Shown: one piece after another, positions 23,616 through 35,534 of the stretch
Numbering within the stretch: the first letter of the stretch is position 1
How the letters are laid out: each line of letters opens with the position of its first letter
Assembly: GCA_020891255.1 (NCBI GenBank)
Contig: BQFW01000015.1
Location: 1,364,001 to 1,428,000 of the forward strand
Length of the DNA: 64,000 nucleotides
Reading direction: 5' to 3'
Source of the DNA: Entomortierella parvispora E1425
Taxonomy: Eukaryota; Fungi; Mortierellomycota
Made by a program: the position numbers and the translations under genes
Notes under the pieces: generated by a model
The model's input: only the letters and a program-made list of their open reading frames with translations
What the model was told of the DNA's origin: nothing
Databases searched by the model: none

Positions 23616-24293
23616 ATGTTTGTCTCGACATTATTCTGCGGTGTTAGATCGCTCTACAATAGTGCTAGTATCAGCGGCCCCTCATCAAAGATGCTCAGCA
23701 AAGACTCTACTTCTCCCTCTTGCCCTTCTTCTCTATCACCTCCAACACCATTCTCTCTTCGATCCTTGATCCTTCTTCTCGCCTTGATCCTCTATACGCT
23801 ACCCTCCGAGTTCCCTTGTGTCTCCACCAAGGGGTTTTTCTCCGCTGTCCGCACCCCAAAATCTTCGCCGTCCATGCCTCTCCGATCATCTCCTTTACCA
23901 ACAACATTCGGGGCGCCTGCACCTTGGTCTATAGTCGAAGAGCAAGAGGCCTATTTCCGCCATCTTGATGAACAAAGGGCCAAAACTCAAGATGGCGATC
24001 AGGAAGGAGACTCAAACGCCAACTTTGAGTTTCAACGATACAGACAATACCAAAAACAAAAAAAGGGTCAGTCCAATGTTCAAGATCGGTTCTATGAGCA
24101 GCAGCAGGAACGACTCCAAAGGCAACAGTCCTCTAGTAATCAGGGCAGCTGCGCCGGTTACCTTTGTCCAGAGACAGGAACCTGTGTTGATCTACCCATT
24201 CTCTGTCCCTGTCCTTCCAATTTAGATAGAAAGGTTCTGACAGGAGAGTGGTATGTCTGTCTTCGAGGTCATTCCTCGAACCTCAGGCAGTGA
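23616..24293 (+). CDS. LCL2: LCL2-like (long chronological lifespan protein 2) secretory/ER protein
   Basis: C-terminal CAGYLCPETGTCVDLPILCPCP matches the LCL2 signature (CxGYLCPxTxxCV-x5-CPCP), preceded by a Q-rich stretch and a hydrophobic leader (LILLLALILYTL). The start could be 23616 or 23691. Confidence 0.75.
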   Translation: MFVSTLFCGVRSLYNSASISGPSSKMLSKDSTSPSCPSSLSPPTPFSLRSLILLLALILYTLPSEFPCVSTKGFFSAVRTPKSSPSMPLRSSPLPTTFGAPAPWSIVEEQEAYFRHLDEQRAKTQDGDQEGDSNANFEFQRYRQYQKQKKGQSNVQDRFYEQQQERLQRQQSSSNQGSCAGYLCPETGTCVDLPILCPCPSNLDRKVLTGEWYVCLRGHSSNLRQ

Positions 24294-24520
24294 GCCTCCT
24301 CTTTATCCCCATCCTCAAAATACTATGTAAATAAACAATAGATACCAAGTGCTTCAGTAGCCACTTTTCACCATCTTCAGCGTCACTATCCTTCTTTTAT
24401 TATTTGAAAGAAATACCATGTTATTATGTACAGGTGCTCGATTCGAGCGAAAGGGTATATACAGCGTGCGTTCAAGCCGAGCCGCTAGAAAACACTTGAA
24501 AAAAAATCAAAAAATCAGAA

Positions 24521-27478
24521 TCAAAGGCTCCCTTCAACTTTCTCCTCCAAGGCCATCATCTTGGCAAGACCAGCAGCCATGGCCTCCATTGCATTTGCAA
24601 TGGCATTGGCCGCCCCCATCTTTTCGTCTCCAGCAGGGTTTACGACTTCCATGTCTCCTCCTTCTTCTTCGCCCTCCCCATTCTGCAGCCTCGACTGTTG
24701 AAGTTTCTTGAGCTTGGCCTGAGCTCTTCTCCGATCAGAACGGGGACGACTTCTCGGCACAGACTTGGGTCTAGAATCTGGTGGTCGATAGCTGTACCCG
24801 TATCCTTGTCCTTGACCAATACCAGCACCACCTGCGCTCGAGTACACCTTGCCTTGGCTATCTGCATCTGTACCAGCTCCTACGTCGTAGATAGTAACGC
24901 CGTTGCTACCACCATCGCCATTATCACCAGTGGCCTGGTTTTCGCCCACGCCAGAAGCAGGACCAGTGCTATTGTTCTTGAGCAAATCTTCACAGATCTG
25001 ATCCACGCCTCCCATGGCCTCGACCATGCCCCTTCCAAATGCTGTCAGCCTGTAGACCCATTGGCGTCCTCGCTTCAATCCAAAGCTCTCGAATCTAGGT
25101 CGAGGCTGACCTTTTTCATGCGCCAAGGCGTCCGAGATCTGAGCTCGCCAAATCTGCAAGTTCTTGTGTCCGGTCCGAGGAATTCGGTTCAGATGACGAC
25201 TGAATAACTTTTCCACCATTGTCGCCACATCGTTCAGAGTCCCTTCCATATCCGGTAACCAAGCCAAAGAGAGAAACGCCATTTGAGCATAGGTCGGCAG
25301 CTTGATCGTCGTCTCAGGATCTTGCCGGCAACGACGGGAAACACCGTGACCTTTGCCTTTTACAAACCCGGGGTCCGTCAAAATTTGTCTTCGGGATCGC
25401 ACAGAGTGGACTGTGCGATCCAGAGATCGGGCGATATCGTGGATCGGCGTCTTTTTCGCAAAGAGCTTGAGCAGAAGAGCCTCGTCCGCTGGAGTCCAGG
25501 GTCGTTTACTAGTTGAACTCGTGGGTGTTGCAGTGGTAGATGACTCATCAGAAGGGGAGGAGCCTTCAGAGTCAGGCGAGTCGTGTGAAATCGAAAGTGA
25601 AGACAAGAAGGTGGGGGAGACTGGAGAAGTTTCCGAGCCCGATGTCGAACCAGCTACCCCTCCCAGGATCGTAAGGGAAGAGGGTGTATCAGGGCTGAGT
25701 TGAGTCTCGCCCAAAAGCTTTCTCTTTTTGGCAGACGGTCGTGTAGATAAAGAAGAAGCGCGGTCCTTCTTTGGGGATGCAACAATAATGACAGGCTTTG
25801 GTCGGATCTGGTTGCTCTTTGTTTTAGAGCTTCCTCTTGAAGATTGCCGCGTGACCTTGGCCGGCAAGGCGTCTTTATCCTTGGTGGTTGAGGTATGATT
25901 CATCGATGGAGCAGGCGAACTCGTGAAGTCCACATCCATGTAACTGTCGCGAACGGGGTCAAAGAAATGGGAGCCATGGGACGGGCCGCCATGGAAGCCA
26001 GAGGACCCAGAAGTCATGCATGACTCGTAGTCCGCAGATAGGAAATCCAGGGGCTCAAACATGAACCGAGGCAGAGGACGCAGATGCTGGCCATTGAATG
26101 CGTACTCCTCAGGATCGACACGAGGCGCTGATTTTGTTGTTGCCGCCAGCACTTGGTCACGCTGAAAGGCAGCTTGGACCTCCAGCTCTTCCATCAATGT
26201 TCGAAACAGATCCTGGGTGGGAGGCGAAAGATGCTCTTGAGTCGTATGCATAGGCGGTGGCGTGGAAGGGTGAGTGTTTGTCACAGCTCCTGATGATAAC
26301 GAGTCCAAATAAACTCCTTGGGTCGGTCGAGAAGATCCAGATCCATCCATTTGCATTGAGCCGTAGTCTGCGGACAAAAAATCAAGAGGTTCCATGACGA
26401 AACGTGGCAGCCTGGCATGATGTTGGTTATAATGACTTCCATTAAACGCGGCCATTGAGTCCGACTCGGCCTTTAAGTTGGACGCAAGAGCTTGATCACG
26501 TTGAATTGCGGCCTGTGTCTCCAGCTCTTCCATAAGCATGCGAAACAAGTCTTGTGTCGGAGGTGACAGCTGATCATGACCATTCGATCCAGATGGCGGA
26601 GTGGTTGTTGAATCTGGATGATGCTCGAAGCCATATGAGTCATCTACCAAAGCTCGCTTCTTGCACCCTCCCGGTGACCCAACTTGGTCGGTAGAGGCAG
26701 ATACCGACGCAGTCGCGTTAGAATGGCGCATCTCTGAATTGTCTGGCTGGTGAGACGATGACATAGTCATGTTGACGCTGTTGTCCTGGAGTGAATGGGA
26801 TCCCGAGTCTTGCCCTACACACGATTCATAGTCTTCGGAGAGAAAGTCAAAAGGCTCTATCATGAACTTTGGAAGTGCTCGGTTGTAGTGATCCATGACC
26901 TCTGGTCCAGGCCCTGACTTTGCAGTGGAGGCCAAGAACAGATCTCTCTGGAGCGCTGCTTGGGTCTGCAGCTCTTCCATAAGTGATCGAAACAAGCCTT
27001 GGGTCGGTGGAGGCACAAGATCGTGGTATGGATAGATATGCGATGAAGTCGAACCCTCAAACACAGGATTCATCGCTTGGTGGCTCAGGAATGGCTCGCT
27101 TGTGGAAACGGGGGCATGTGTGGTATTGCCGTTGCCGATTTGATCAAGATCATTGCTCTGATGCAAGTTGCCTCCGAGATTTGCGCCATTGACCAAAGAC
27201 GAAGCCTGGGTTGAGTTGGCGTGCCTTGCAATCCTGCTATGGATGTGTCTAGGAGAGGACATTGCGGACCGATTCTCATCCGTTTCTTTGTCGTCTTCGT
27301 GTTTGGAGTGGATGAAATCATGGAAGTTGACTTCGTCATCCCCAGTTGGCGCTGAGACTTTTTGAGGAGTGTGCATGGTCTTGTGATAGTGGACTGATTC
27401 TTGTTGAAAGGTCGATGGCAACAATGGTACTGGGTTGTCGCGCACCAAGAGTGTGTTTGCCCCTGCGTGACCCATCAT
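24521..27478 (-). CDS. Putative transcription/chromatin factor: triple internal repeat, Myb/SANT-like HTH and winged-helix-like domain (985 aa)
   Basis: Single long ORF. KRPWTPADEALLLKL...IARSLDRTVHSVRSR is Myb-like. LPTYAQMAFLSL...GTLNDVATMVEKLF...WRAQISDAL...RQWVYRL resembles a forkhead/winged helix. Three copies of a ~70-aa repeat lie N-terminal to these. Confidence 0.8.
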   Translation of the reverse strand: MMGHAGANTLLVRDNPVPLLPSTFQQESVHYHKTMHTPQKVSAPTGDDEVNFHDFIHSKHEDDKETDENRSAMSSPRHIHSRIARHANSTQASSLVNGANLGGNLHQSNDLDQIGNGNTTHAPVSTSEPFLSHQAMNPVFEGSTSSHIYPYHDLVPPPTQGLFRSLMEELQTQAALQRDLFLASTAKSGPGPEVMDHYNRALPKFMIEPFDFLSEDYESCVGQDSGSHSLQDNSVNMTMSSSHQPDNSEMRHSNATASVSASTDQVGSPGGCKKRALVDDSYGFEHHPDSTTTPPSGSNGHDQLSPPTQDLFRMLMEELETQAAIQRDQALASNLKAESDSMAAFNGSHYNQHHARLPRFVMEPLDFLSADYGSMQMDGSGSSRPTQGVYLDSLSSGAVTNTHPSTPPPMHTTQEHLSPPTQDLFRTLMEELEVQAAFQRDQVLAATTKSAPRVDPEEYAFNGQHLRPLPRFMFEPLDFLSADYESCMTSGSSGFHGGPSHGSHFFDPVRDSYMDVDFTSSPAPSMNHTSTTKDKDALPAKVTRQSSRGSSKTKSNQIRPKPVIIVASPKKDRASSLSTRPSAKKRKLLGETQLSPDTPSSLTILGGVAGSTSGSETSPVSPTFLSSLSISHDSPDSEGSSPSDESSTTATPTSSTSKRPWTPADEALLLKLFAKKTPIHDIARSLDRTVHSVRSRRQILTDPGFVKGKGHGVSRRCRQDPETTIKLPTYAQMAFLSLAWLPDMEGTLNDVATMVEKLFSRHLNRIPRTGHKNLQIWRAQISDALAHEKGQPRPRFESFGLKRGRQWVYRLTAFGRGMVEAMGGVDQICEDLLKNNSTGPASGVGENQATGDNGDGGSNGVTIYDVGAGTDADSQGKVYSSAGGAGIGQGQGYGYSYRPPDSRPKSVPRSRPRSDRRRAQAKLKKLQQSRLQNGEGEEEGGDMEVVNPAGDEKMGAANAIANAMEAMAAGLAKMMALEEKVEGSL

Positions 27479-28421
27479 CCTACAGCTGATTCAAGGGGAA
27501 GATAGCGCCTCCAGACAAGATCTGTTGGTGAAGACGAGATCAGGGCTGTGGTGGTTTGGCTATTGACCGCAGAGGGTGGAGAACCGGTCAACGGTCGTAT
27601 CTTCAGGATTGTACACCGAAATCATCGTTAGCAACGTGCCTGGAGGCGCAGAGAGAGTGCAAGGCGGTCAGCAACAGTCCACTGTGTGGTGCACATACCC
27701 TGGGAACTTGTGAATGAGAATGAGACAGGAAATGAAGGGAATGCAAAGAATGAACAGGATCAATTCAGGATCGCCTCTGAAGTCTCAGTGGTTGTGACTG
27801 CAATAGAGTTTCGGAGAGATCTTTTTGCCTTCTGGACTTGTAGCGAGTGGCAAGAAGGGCAGGTAATCAAAGACAAGCCAAGCAAGCGAGTCAGTCAGGG
27901 AGTCAGGGAGTCAGGAAGAAAGAAGAAAATGAAAAAGAGTCTGTGGCAGCGACGTTGGAGAGAACAGAGAAGGACAGAACTAGCCCCCGCGCAATCCTTT
28001 TAAATGTTGTTTTGGCCAGCGAAGCAAAGCAGGCAAAGTTCGGTCGCAGAGCAAAGCCCAGCGCAAGCCCGATCAGACACAAATCATCGTTTACACGGCT
28101 CTCGCACGGGGTGGTCACGAAAACGACACAACTTTTATTGTCTGTTCCTGCACTCGAGAGCATTGTCCACCGCGGTATGATGCTCAATTGCTTCTCCACT
28201 CCACCGCACTGCGCTGGGTGTGATCGTCCCTTGATGTGCGCCCATTCGTGGCTGCTGACCCCCTCCTGCCTCCTCTCCCTTCTTCGCTCACTCCCCGTTC
28301 CACGTCTCTCCCCCTCTTCTCTTCTCTTGTTTTCAAGAATCTTTTATTCATATAGGCTATTTACAAAGGCGAAATGCAGCCTTGTTGGAGCTCGATCTGC
28401 AGCGAGGAAGCAAAGAGGCGT

Positions 28422-30085
28422 TTAACATGTTCGGCCAAACGTCTTGGTCGCATGCGAAAGCTTTCCACTCAGTTTGCCGTGTGGCGTCTTCCTGTGTTTG
28501 CCACCGTCCTTGGTGGATAGCACTCCCACGTCAAATGGGCTGTTTTCCTTCAATATTTCGACCGCCTCAATGATATCTTCTACCAGACCCTCGATCAATT
28601 CCTCACTCAGCGACTCTCGAACCACCACTCGCAGAATCTCAATCTCTTCCTCCCCTTTGGCCAGTGGATAATTGGGCACGATCCAACCCTTGACTCGAAG
28701 CAATGTGGAGATGGCTACTTGCTTCACATGACTATTCTCCTTCTTGAACTCGTCCGTGAGCTTGAAGGCAACCACAGGAAGAGACGGGTTCTGCTTCTTA
28801 CCATGGGCTCCTTCTTTATAGTCTGCCCCAAAGACGCCCACAGGACGGTGCATATCCGAAATCACGTCAAAGTAGCCCGACCTTTCCAAACAACGCGAAA
28901 GGAGGGTCGCGTTTACGAGGCAATTCTCCATGATGGATTTAAATCCTGCACGGCCCAATCGAATGAGATTGTAGTAGGCGCCGATCTAAGGAAGGCCAAA
29001 TATCACCAGTCAGTACCTCTATTCAAAGAGAAACAAAAATACTCATGTAGACACCTTACCATGAAGCACGCTGGACGTGAGAAGTTGAGTGTATAAGTTT
29101 GTTCTGTGCCACCAAGGTAATGCAGCTCAAAGATAAGCTCTTTTGGCAAGAAATCCTCATTCCGCCAAAGGACCCAGCCAACGCCAGCATAGACGAGGCC
29201 AAACTTGTGGCCAGATGTGTTGATGGACTTGACTCGATCAATCTCAAAATTCCATCTGAGATCTGGGAACGCAAACGGGGCCACAAAGCCGCCGGATGCA
29301 GCGTCAACGTGAATGGGAATATCCCAGCCTTTCTCTTCCTGGACCTTATCCAAAAGCTTGGCCATTCCTTCGACGTTTTCAAAGTGACCCGTGTATGTGG
29401 ATCCGAGGATGACAAAGACTCCGATCGTATTCTCATCGCACAGTTTGGCCGCCTCCTCGATATTCAGGCAGTGGTGACTCTTTTCACTGATGGGGACCAA
29501 ACGCTCTTCCACATCAAAGTACCGCGCGAATTTCTCCAAAGCCACCTGGGCATTGCTTCCCATGATAATGTTGGGCCGCGAGGCATCTTTGCCAGCCTTG
29601 CGCATTTTGGCCTGCCAGCGTTTTTTCATCGCCAATCCGGCCATCTGGATGGCTTCCGAAGATCCGACCGTAGAGGTGCCGATGGCCTCCTTGCTCTTCC
29701 AGAGATCGCCGATGATGGACACACATCGCGATTGAATCCGAAGCGTGGCAGGGTATTCTTCCACATCGGAGAGGTTGATAGGCAAGGACTCCGTGAGAAG
29801 CTTCTCTGCCTCAGGCTCCATCCAAGTGCCGACAAAGCTGGCAAGATTGAGCGAAGGTCGGCCGTCGAGCTGAAGTTCATCGTGGATCAGCTGGTAAACG
29901 GCGGAGGCATCGGTTGGTTCGTCTGGAAGTTTGTACTTTGGAATATCCCCGGTAGCATATCGCGAGCCATAGGCTAGTGAATGAATGGATCTGTTGGGAG
30001 TTTCTCCTCTAAGTCTGTCGATAGTAGGTTGGTCCTTTGAGTCGCGAACGATATCCGAGGCGTCAATGTGCTTGTGAAGAACCAT
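28422..30085 (-). CDS. GAD1: Glutamate decarboxylase, PLP-dependent (about 529 aa)
   Basis: Exons 30085-29060 and 28985-28422 (intron GTAAGG...TAG). Motifs LNLASFVGTWME, IHVDAASGGFVAPF, SINTSGHKFG (PLP lysine), TLNFSRPA. Confidence 0.95.
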
Positions 30086-30768
30086 AGTAAGTGAGTGGAT
30101 GAGTGAGTGGATGAATGAGTAAAAAAGGGAAGAGAGGAAGGTGATGATGATAACAGCTAAAACCAAAAAAAAAAAAAAAAAAAAAAAAAATCGAAACACC
30201 ACGACAGGGTTTTAAAAGGTTTTCACACGGCACGCCCAATAGTAATGACCGTCGGATGAGGTCATGAAAAAAGAGTCCATGTCAATCAATATTGACTGCG
30301 CTGGGGCCTCAATGGGCAAGCATCAGGGTCTGCCACACTGTTTTGCGTCAATCCTGCAACTGGACACCTATCGTCATCGCCCTCATATCCCTTATCGCTG
30401 GACATCAGTCAACATCATTGTTCCGAAACGTAGTGGTGCGCTCGGCGAGTTGCTCCTAGACTGAACATTTGAATACGTCTGTCAGCCCTTGCGTTGTTGT
30501 GTTGTTGTGCTAGGATGGATGCATTCTGCGACACAACCAGAGTCTTTCTCGGAAAAACAGAAGGCAAGCAAGGACAAGGCCAAGAGCGCGTTCGTGTCTG
30601 CATAGTGGCAGCCGTTGGTTGAGATGAGTGACTGCTCTCGTGTACCTTTCCGTCCCACGCTGCTTGCATGTGTTGGCGCGTTTGACCATCATTGCATCTG
30701 TTCCTCCATTCCATTTCATCAGGTTCCGAAGAAGGATGACCGTCCGCCATATAGCCCTACCTGGAGGT

Positions 30769-32122
30769 ATGACGCCCTCAGATGTGCTCGTCCCTGCCGC
30801 GCTTTGCACCTTTATCGTCCGACACGGTCTCACCAAGAAGTCTCTTTCGACCTCTGGCGCCATCGCTGCAACGGTCGTGGGTCTCGGCACTTTCACAAAT
30901 ACGCCATATGTGTTTAGCACGGTTCTCCTAACTTTTTTCCTTTCCTCGAGCAAAATGACGAAGGTAATCTATTGGCCCATTCAGGCACGACTGTGTGGAA
31001 CTGAGAATGACGTTGAATTGACCTTGTTTAATCTCCTTGTTCGCTATCAGTACAAATCCAGCGTCAAGAAGTCTCTTGAGGTAACGCCCTACACAGGATA
31101 ATATTGTTAGGGACTGAAGATGGGAAAACAGAATATAGCAACCTAACGCCTTGTTTCCAACCCTTCGCCTTCCCATTTCCTACTCAAAAGGAGGATCATC
31201 AAGAGGGAGGTGGGCGGACAGCGATTCAGGTCTTCTCAAATGGGGCTACTGGAACAGCCCTGGCCTTGGTTTTCCAGTACCTTTTCTGGAACAAGGAGCC
31301 TAGACTTTCGACCCTACTCTTGAATGACTGGAGGGCGAATACGATATTATTTGCATACATTGGACACTATGCTTGTTGCAATGGAGACACCGTAAGTACT
31401 TTTCTATTATCTCTTTCGTCTCTATTCAAAAAAGGCTCGTTTGTTTGGTCCTGATATTCACATATTACCCCCTTTCCTTACGATGCGCAACGGCTCTATA
31501 GTGGGCAAGCGAACTCGGCATCTTGAATAAGACCTGGCCAACTCTGATTACGACCTTCAAAAAAGTCCCTCCAGGAACCAATGGTGGCGTGTCGCCTCTG
31601 GGATTAGCGGCATCTTTTGCAGGCGGTCTTTTGATCGGCGGCACAGCGGCGATCAGTGTTTTGATTCAACAGGCATTTGAGTGTTCATTTGCATGGCAAA
31701 ACGGTCGCCTCCTGGGATTGGATCGCTATGTGGACTCTCTCGACTTCAAGTTCCTTTCGGCCTTGTTGATTGCGGGTGCTAGCGCTGGCTTCTTTGGATC
31801 ATTGGTAAGAAGAAATTCCCGGATGGGCGGATATTTATTTATTTAAAAAAGTCAAGTCTTATCCTAACACTGCCGATCCATCTCATTGCCCTCATTTTAT
31901 CTGTTTCCGCCTAATCAGCTGGATTCACTCCTAGGTGCGACCGTTCAAAAGTCCAATTATTCCACCAAGAAAAAGATCATTACATACAAGGCCGCCGAGG
32001 AAGGTGATGAAGTCAAGGCTATTTCTGGACTGGACATCTTGGACAATCATCAGGTGAACTTTCTCTCCTCTTTAGTTATCGCTGCTGTTACAGGATACGT
32101 CTCTCTGAAGGCACTCTTCTAG
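30769..32122 (+). CDS. TMEM19: TMEM19 / DUF92 integral membrane protein (about 310 aa)
   Basis: Exons 30769-30963, 31051-31080, 31191-31391, 31502-31804 and 31919-32122, all phase 0. Motifs [52 protein letters not shown]. Confidence 0.88.
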
Positions 32123-33837
32123 AGGATACGGAGGAATAAAGAATAGAAAATCAATAGAATATGTCTTTTTGACAGTGAGGGACGCGTAGGTGACATGTGC
32201 ATGTGCGGAGTGCTGGGCACATGGGGTCAATGAGGGCTTTTCACGTAGTGCGTTCCTTCGTTTTTCTTTTTCATGTTTTTATTTCATGTGTCATCGAGAC
32301 TTTTCTTGAGGAAGCAAAGGAACGAGTAGGTGGAATAGGCACAACAATAAATAGTAGAGCCCAAATAGAAAGCAATATCTCGACGTTAGATACATATCTC
32401 TTCTGCTTTTGACAGAACTGATCCGACAAAAGCGAAAGAGGCTGGAGAACGTGATGACCAGAGTAGAATTCACCGAGAGCCTTGTCCCCGGATCTGATCA
32501 ATTTAGATCATTGGGAGGCAGTTTGCGTTGGGCTGGGAAGGGTCGAGCAATTCGTCATCTGTGGGGCGAGAGAGTTTTTTACATTGTAACATGCGGAGCA
32601 ATTGGCGCTTGCAGCCCCTCACCTGATGCGAATCTGTTCCTGAAGGAGAAGAGCAGTGGTTGAACGGCCCAAACACGAAAAAAAAAATTGTCACGGAAAT
32701 TAGATCACTGAAGGTCCACCCCCTGATGGTGCACACAAAAACAATATATTCCTCCATGGCCTCTTCTTCCTTGCAATTGGCGTGATCAAGAGTTCTCTCC
32801 TAGTGCTTGGGTAGCAGTCTCTTACTTTGTTTCTTTTTAAAGTGAACGTTTGTGGTCAGGGACATTGTTCTACTGCTTGTGGCGCTTTTTCTTTTTTTTT
32901 TTTTTTTTTTGGCATGACTTGACCTGACTTGACTTGGACTGAGAGAATTTTAGAGACTGCATCTACTCTGAAGATAAACAAACACCGAGGTGAATTCTGT
33001 TGACTGTTCTTTGCTGGATACCAAAGTATATGAGTAGCACATGTCATCATCTGAAGAAGAGAGAAGAATACGAGATGGGAGAGCGAGTAAGCGATGACCA
33101 TCGACGCTAGCCAAATGGTCAATGTTGGGCTGGATGGTTAACTAGTATCGAAACGCGCCAGGTTTTCTCGTTTGTCTATACCTCTGCCATACCGTTTCAT
33201 CAAGGCGACATCAAAGATAGATGTAGATGGATAAACCGAGAGGCTGGTTTCCTGCAGAGAGATAAACCGCCCTTATCTTTAGCCTATGCTCAAAGTGCTT
33301 TCCCATGGGCTGAGCAGGGAACTTGGGACAAATGACGAAACAGAAAGCACTGCCACAAGCGGAGGTCCATAAATTACTTGACTGGGACCAACCATCATTT
33401 GTTGTGTCGTGAGCATTTTGTGCCTCTCTCCATGTCCCCGAACCACGAGAGGCTTCCAGGAGAATATCTGTCCTTAAACATCATGCACATCCATGCCCTT
33501 GGGCAAGCCACAATAGTGCCCAAGATCACTGACTCCCAAGGGAAAGGCTGAACCGAGATATATTTTCATGATCCTTGACAGCTGCACTAACCTCTTCTTT
33601 GTCTCTTTAGACCCTTGAAAGCAGTAAAAGCCACCCTCGCTCAAAAGGCGACACTCTATGGCCCCTGGAACAAAATGTGGAAGGTGGTCAAGAACATAGT
33701 GAACTATGTTCTTTGCGAGTTTTTTTTTATTTGTGGACGGAAGTCCCATATTTGGGTATTTTGTTGCTGTTGCTGCTAGGCGTGGACCTATGGTTGTTGT
33801 CTTTTGTCGTCGCCGTTGTGAAGGGGGTCCAGGTTCT

Positions 33838-34253
33838 CTACGCGTACTTTTGGTCGTAAATGTGCTCGGCCTGTTTCTTGGCCTCGTGCTTTGCCTTTTG
33901 GCGGTCGATAAAGTCCAGACCTTTGGTCTCAAAGATCTTGTCAGCCTCGGCAGCGGCCAAGGCTGCAAAGGCTTCCTTGGCCAACTTGTGCTTGCCTCCT
34001 GCCTTGCCATCCTCGTGCTTCTTCATGGCTGCGAACGCAGCGGCCTATTCGTGTCAAAGAACAAAGAGTTGTGAGTTTAACAGGTCCCCAGTCCAAGGCG
34101 CTCAAACTTGAGGAGGATGAAGGGAGGACGATAAACGAAATGAAAAAAGTGGGCAATAAATCATACTCCAGCGATAAGCTCGTGGGTCCAGTCCGAGTGG
34201 TGCTTCTTGCCGTTGTAGACTGCTTCATGGGCATCTTCGTGGTGGCCGAACAT
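33838..34253 (-). CDS. CipC-like / DUF3759 small stress-response protein (97 aa)
   Basis: Exons 34253-34167 and 34044-33838. Sequence HHSDWTHELIAGAAAFAAMK...AKEAFAALAAAEADKIFETKGLDFIDRQKAKHEAKKQAEHIYD is typical of the CipC family. Confidence 0.85.
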
Positions 34254-35534
34254 TGTTGTTATATACAAAGGATGAAAGTTATAAAGAAGATGAGGGAGAA
34301 AAGTGTTGTTGGAGCGGTGAAGAGTGGGAAGAAAAAGGGAGGAAAACAGGCCCACTCGAGTCCTTTTTAAATGAATCGGGACACAACCGTAGCAAGTCAG
34401 GGGCCACAAGGAGCGCCTTTTGGAATAAAGGTGGCTTTTACTGCTCTCCGGGTCGAAAGAGACAAAGAGGTTAGTGCGGCTGTCAAGGATCATGAAAATA
34501 GATCCCGGTTCATCCCTGTTTTGCTCCCTTGGGAGTCAATGATCTTGGGCACTGTTGTGGCTTGCCCAAGGGCATGGATGTGCATGACGCTTAAGGGCAG
34601 ACCTTTCTCCTTTCTCTGCATGAAAACCTCCCATGGTCCGGGAACATGGGAGAGAGTGGCACAAAACGCTCACAGCACAACAAACGATGGTTTAGTCCGA
34701 TTCCCAGTCAGGTAATTTGTGGTCAAGGACCTCTGATCTCGTGGCTCCAAGAGTCCAAAATTTGTCCTCTGTGCTGTGGCAGTGCTTTCAGTTGCGTCAT
34801 TTTTTTCCAGTGCCCGGCTCAGCCCATGGGGATGCATTCTGCAACAGCCTCTTTGAAGCGGGTTTTTTTTCCTCTCAGCAGTCAGCAGGAGACTATCGTC
34901 TTGGCCCATCCATCTATTTTTGGTACCCTCTTTTAAGTCTGAGTCAGTCATAAAAAATAAGAGGCCCAGCGCGTTTTGATCAGTGATCTCCGGCCGGAGA
35001 ACAGTTCATGTTAATCAACCGCCGCACCTGTTCAACACAGACTCTTTGAGTAGCATCAGAAGACTCATTGTTTACCAGCTTAAAACGCAAAAAAACATGT
35101 GCATGAAGGTAATATTCTTAAAGAGGGACAGTGTAGAAGGGAAGGTCAGGTTATGATGGGTGGCTCTCCACATGCTCGTGGGTCCTGGTTTCCAACGGTT
35201 TATTTTGACGCGAGAAAGCCCGCAGTGCAAGGGACGCGTCTGGGTTGTAAGCGGATAGTTCATTACCAATATATTTGTTAAGGAGGACCCTGCTGTCTTT
35301 TGGATCGAGCTTGAAAAACGAGTCTCCTTGGGCATTGCTCTGAGTTTGACCCATGGTGATGTGAGGTGCATGTTGAAAAGACTTAGCGAGGAATTAAGCG
35401 TTTTTGGCGTGGTTTTTACACCCTTTCTCTTGCGGGGCGCAGCAGAGAGCACGCGCGCGCGCTCTTCATTTTCCTGCAGGCTCACGTTTCTCTCATCATC
35501 ATCATTCTGTCATCAACTGGTTCTGGATCAAGAA

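Noticed and set aside
29099-29977. 292-aa plus-strand ORF
   Set aside because: Lies wholly antisense to GAD1 exon 1 and has no recognisable motif.
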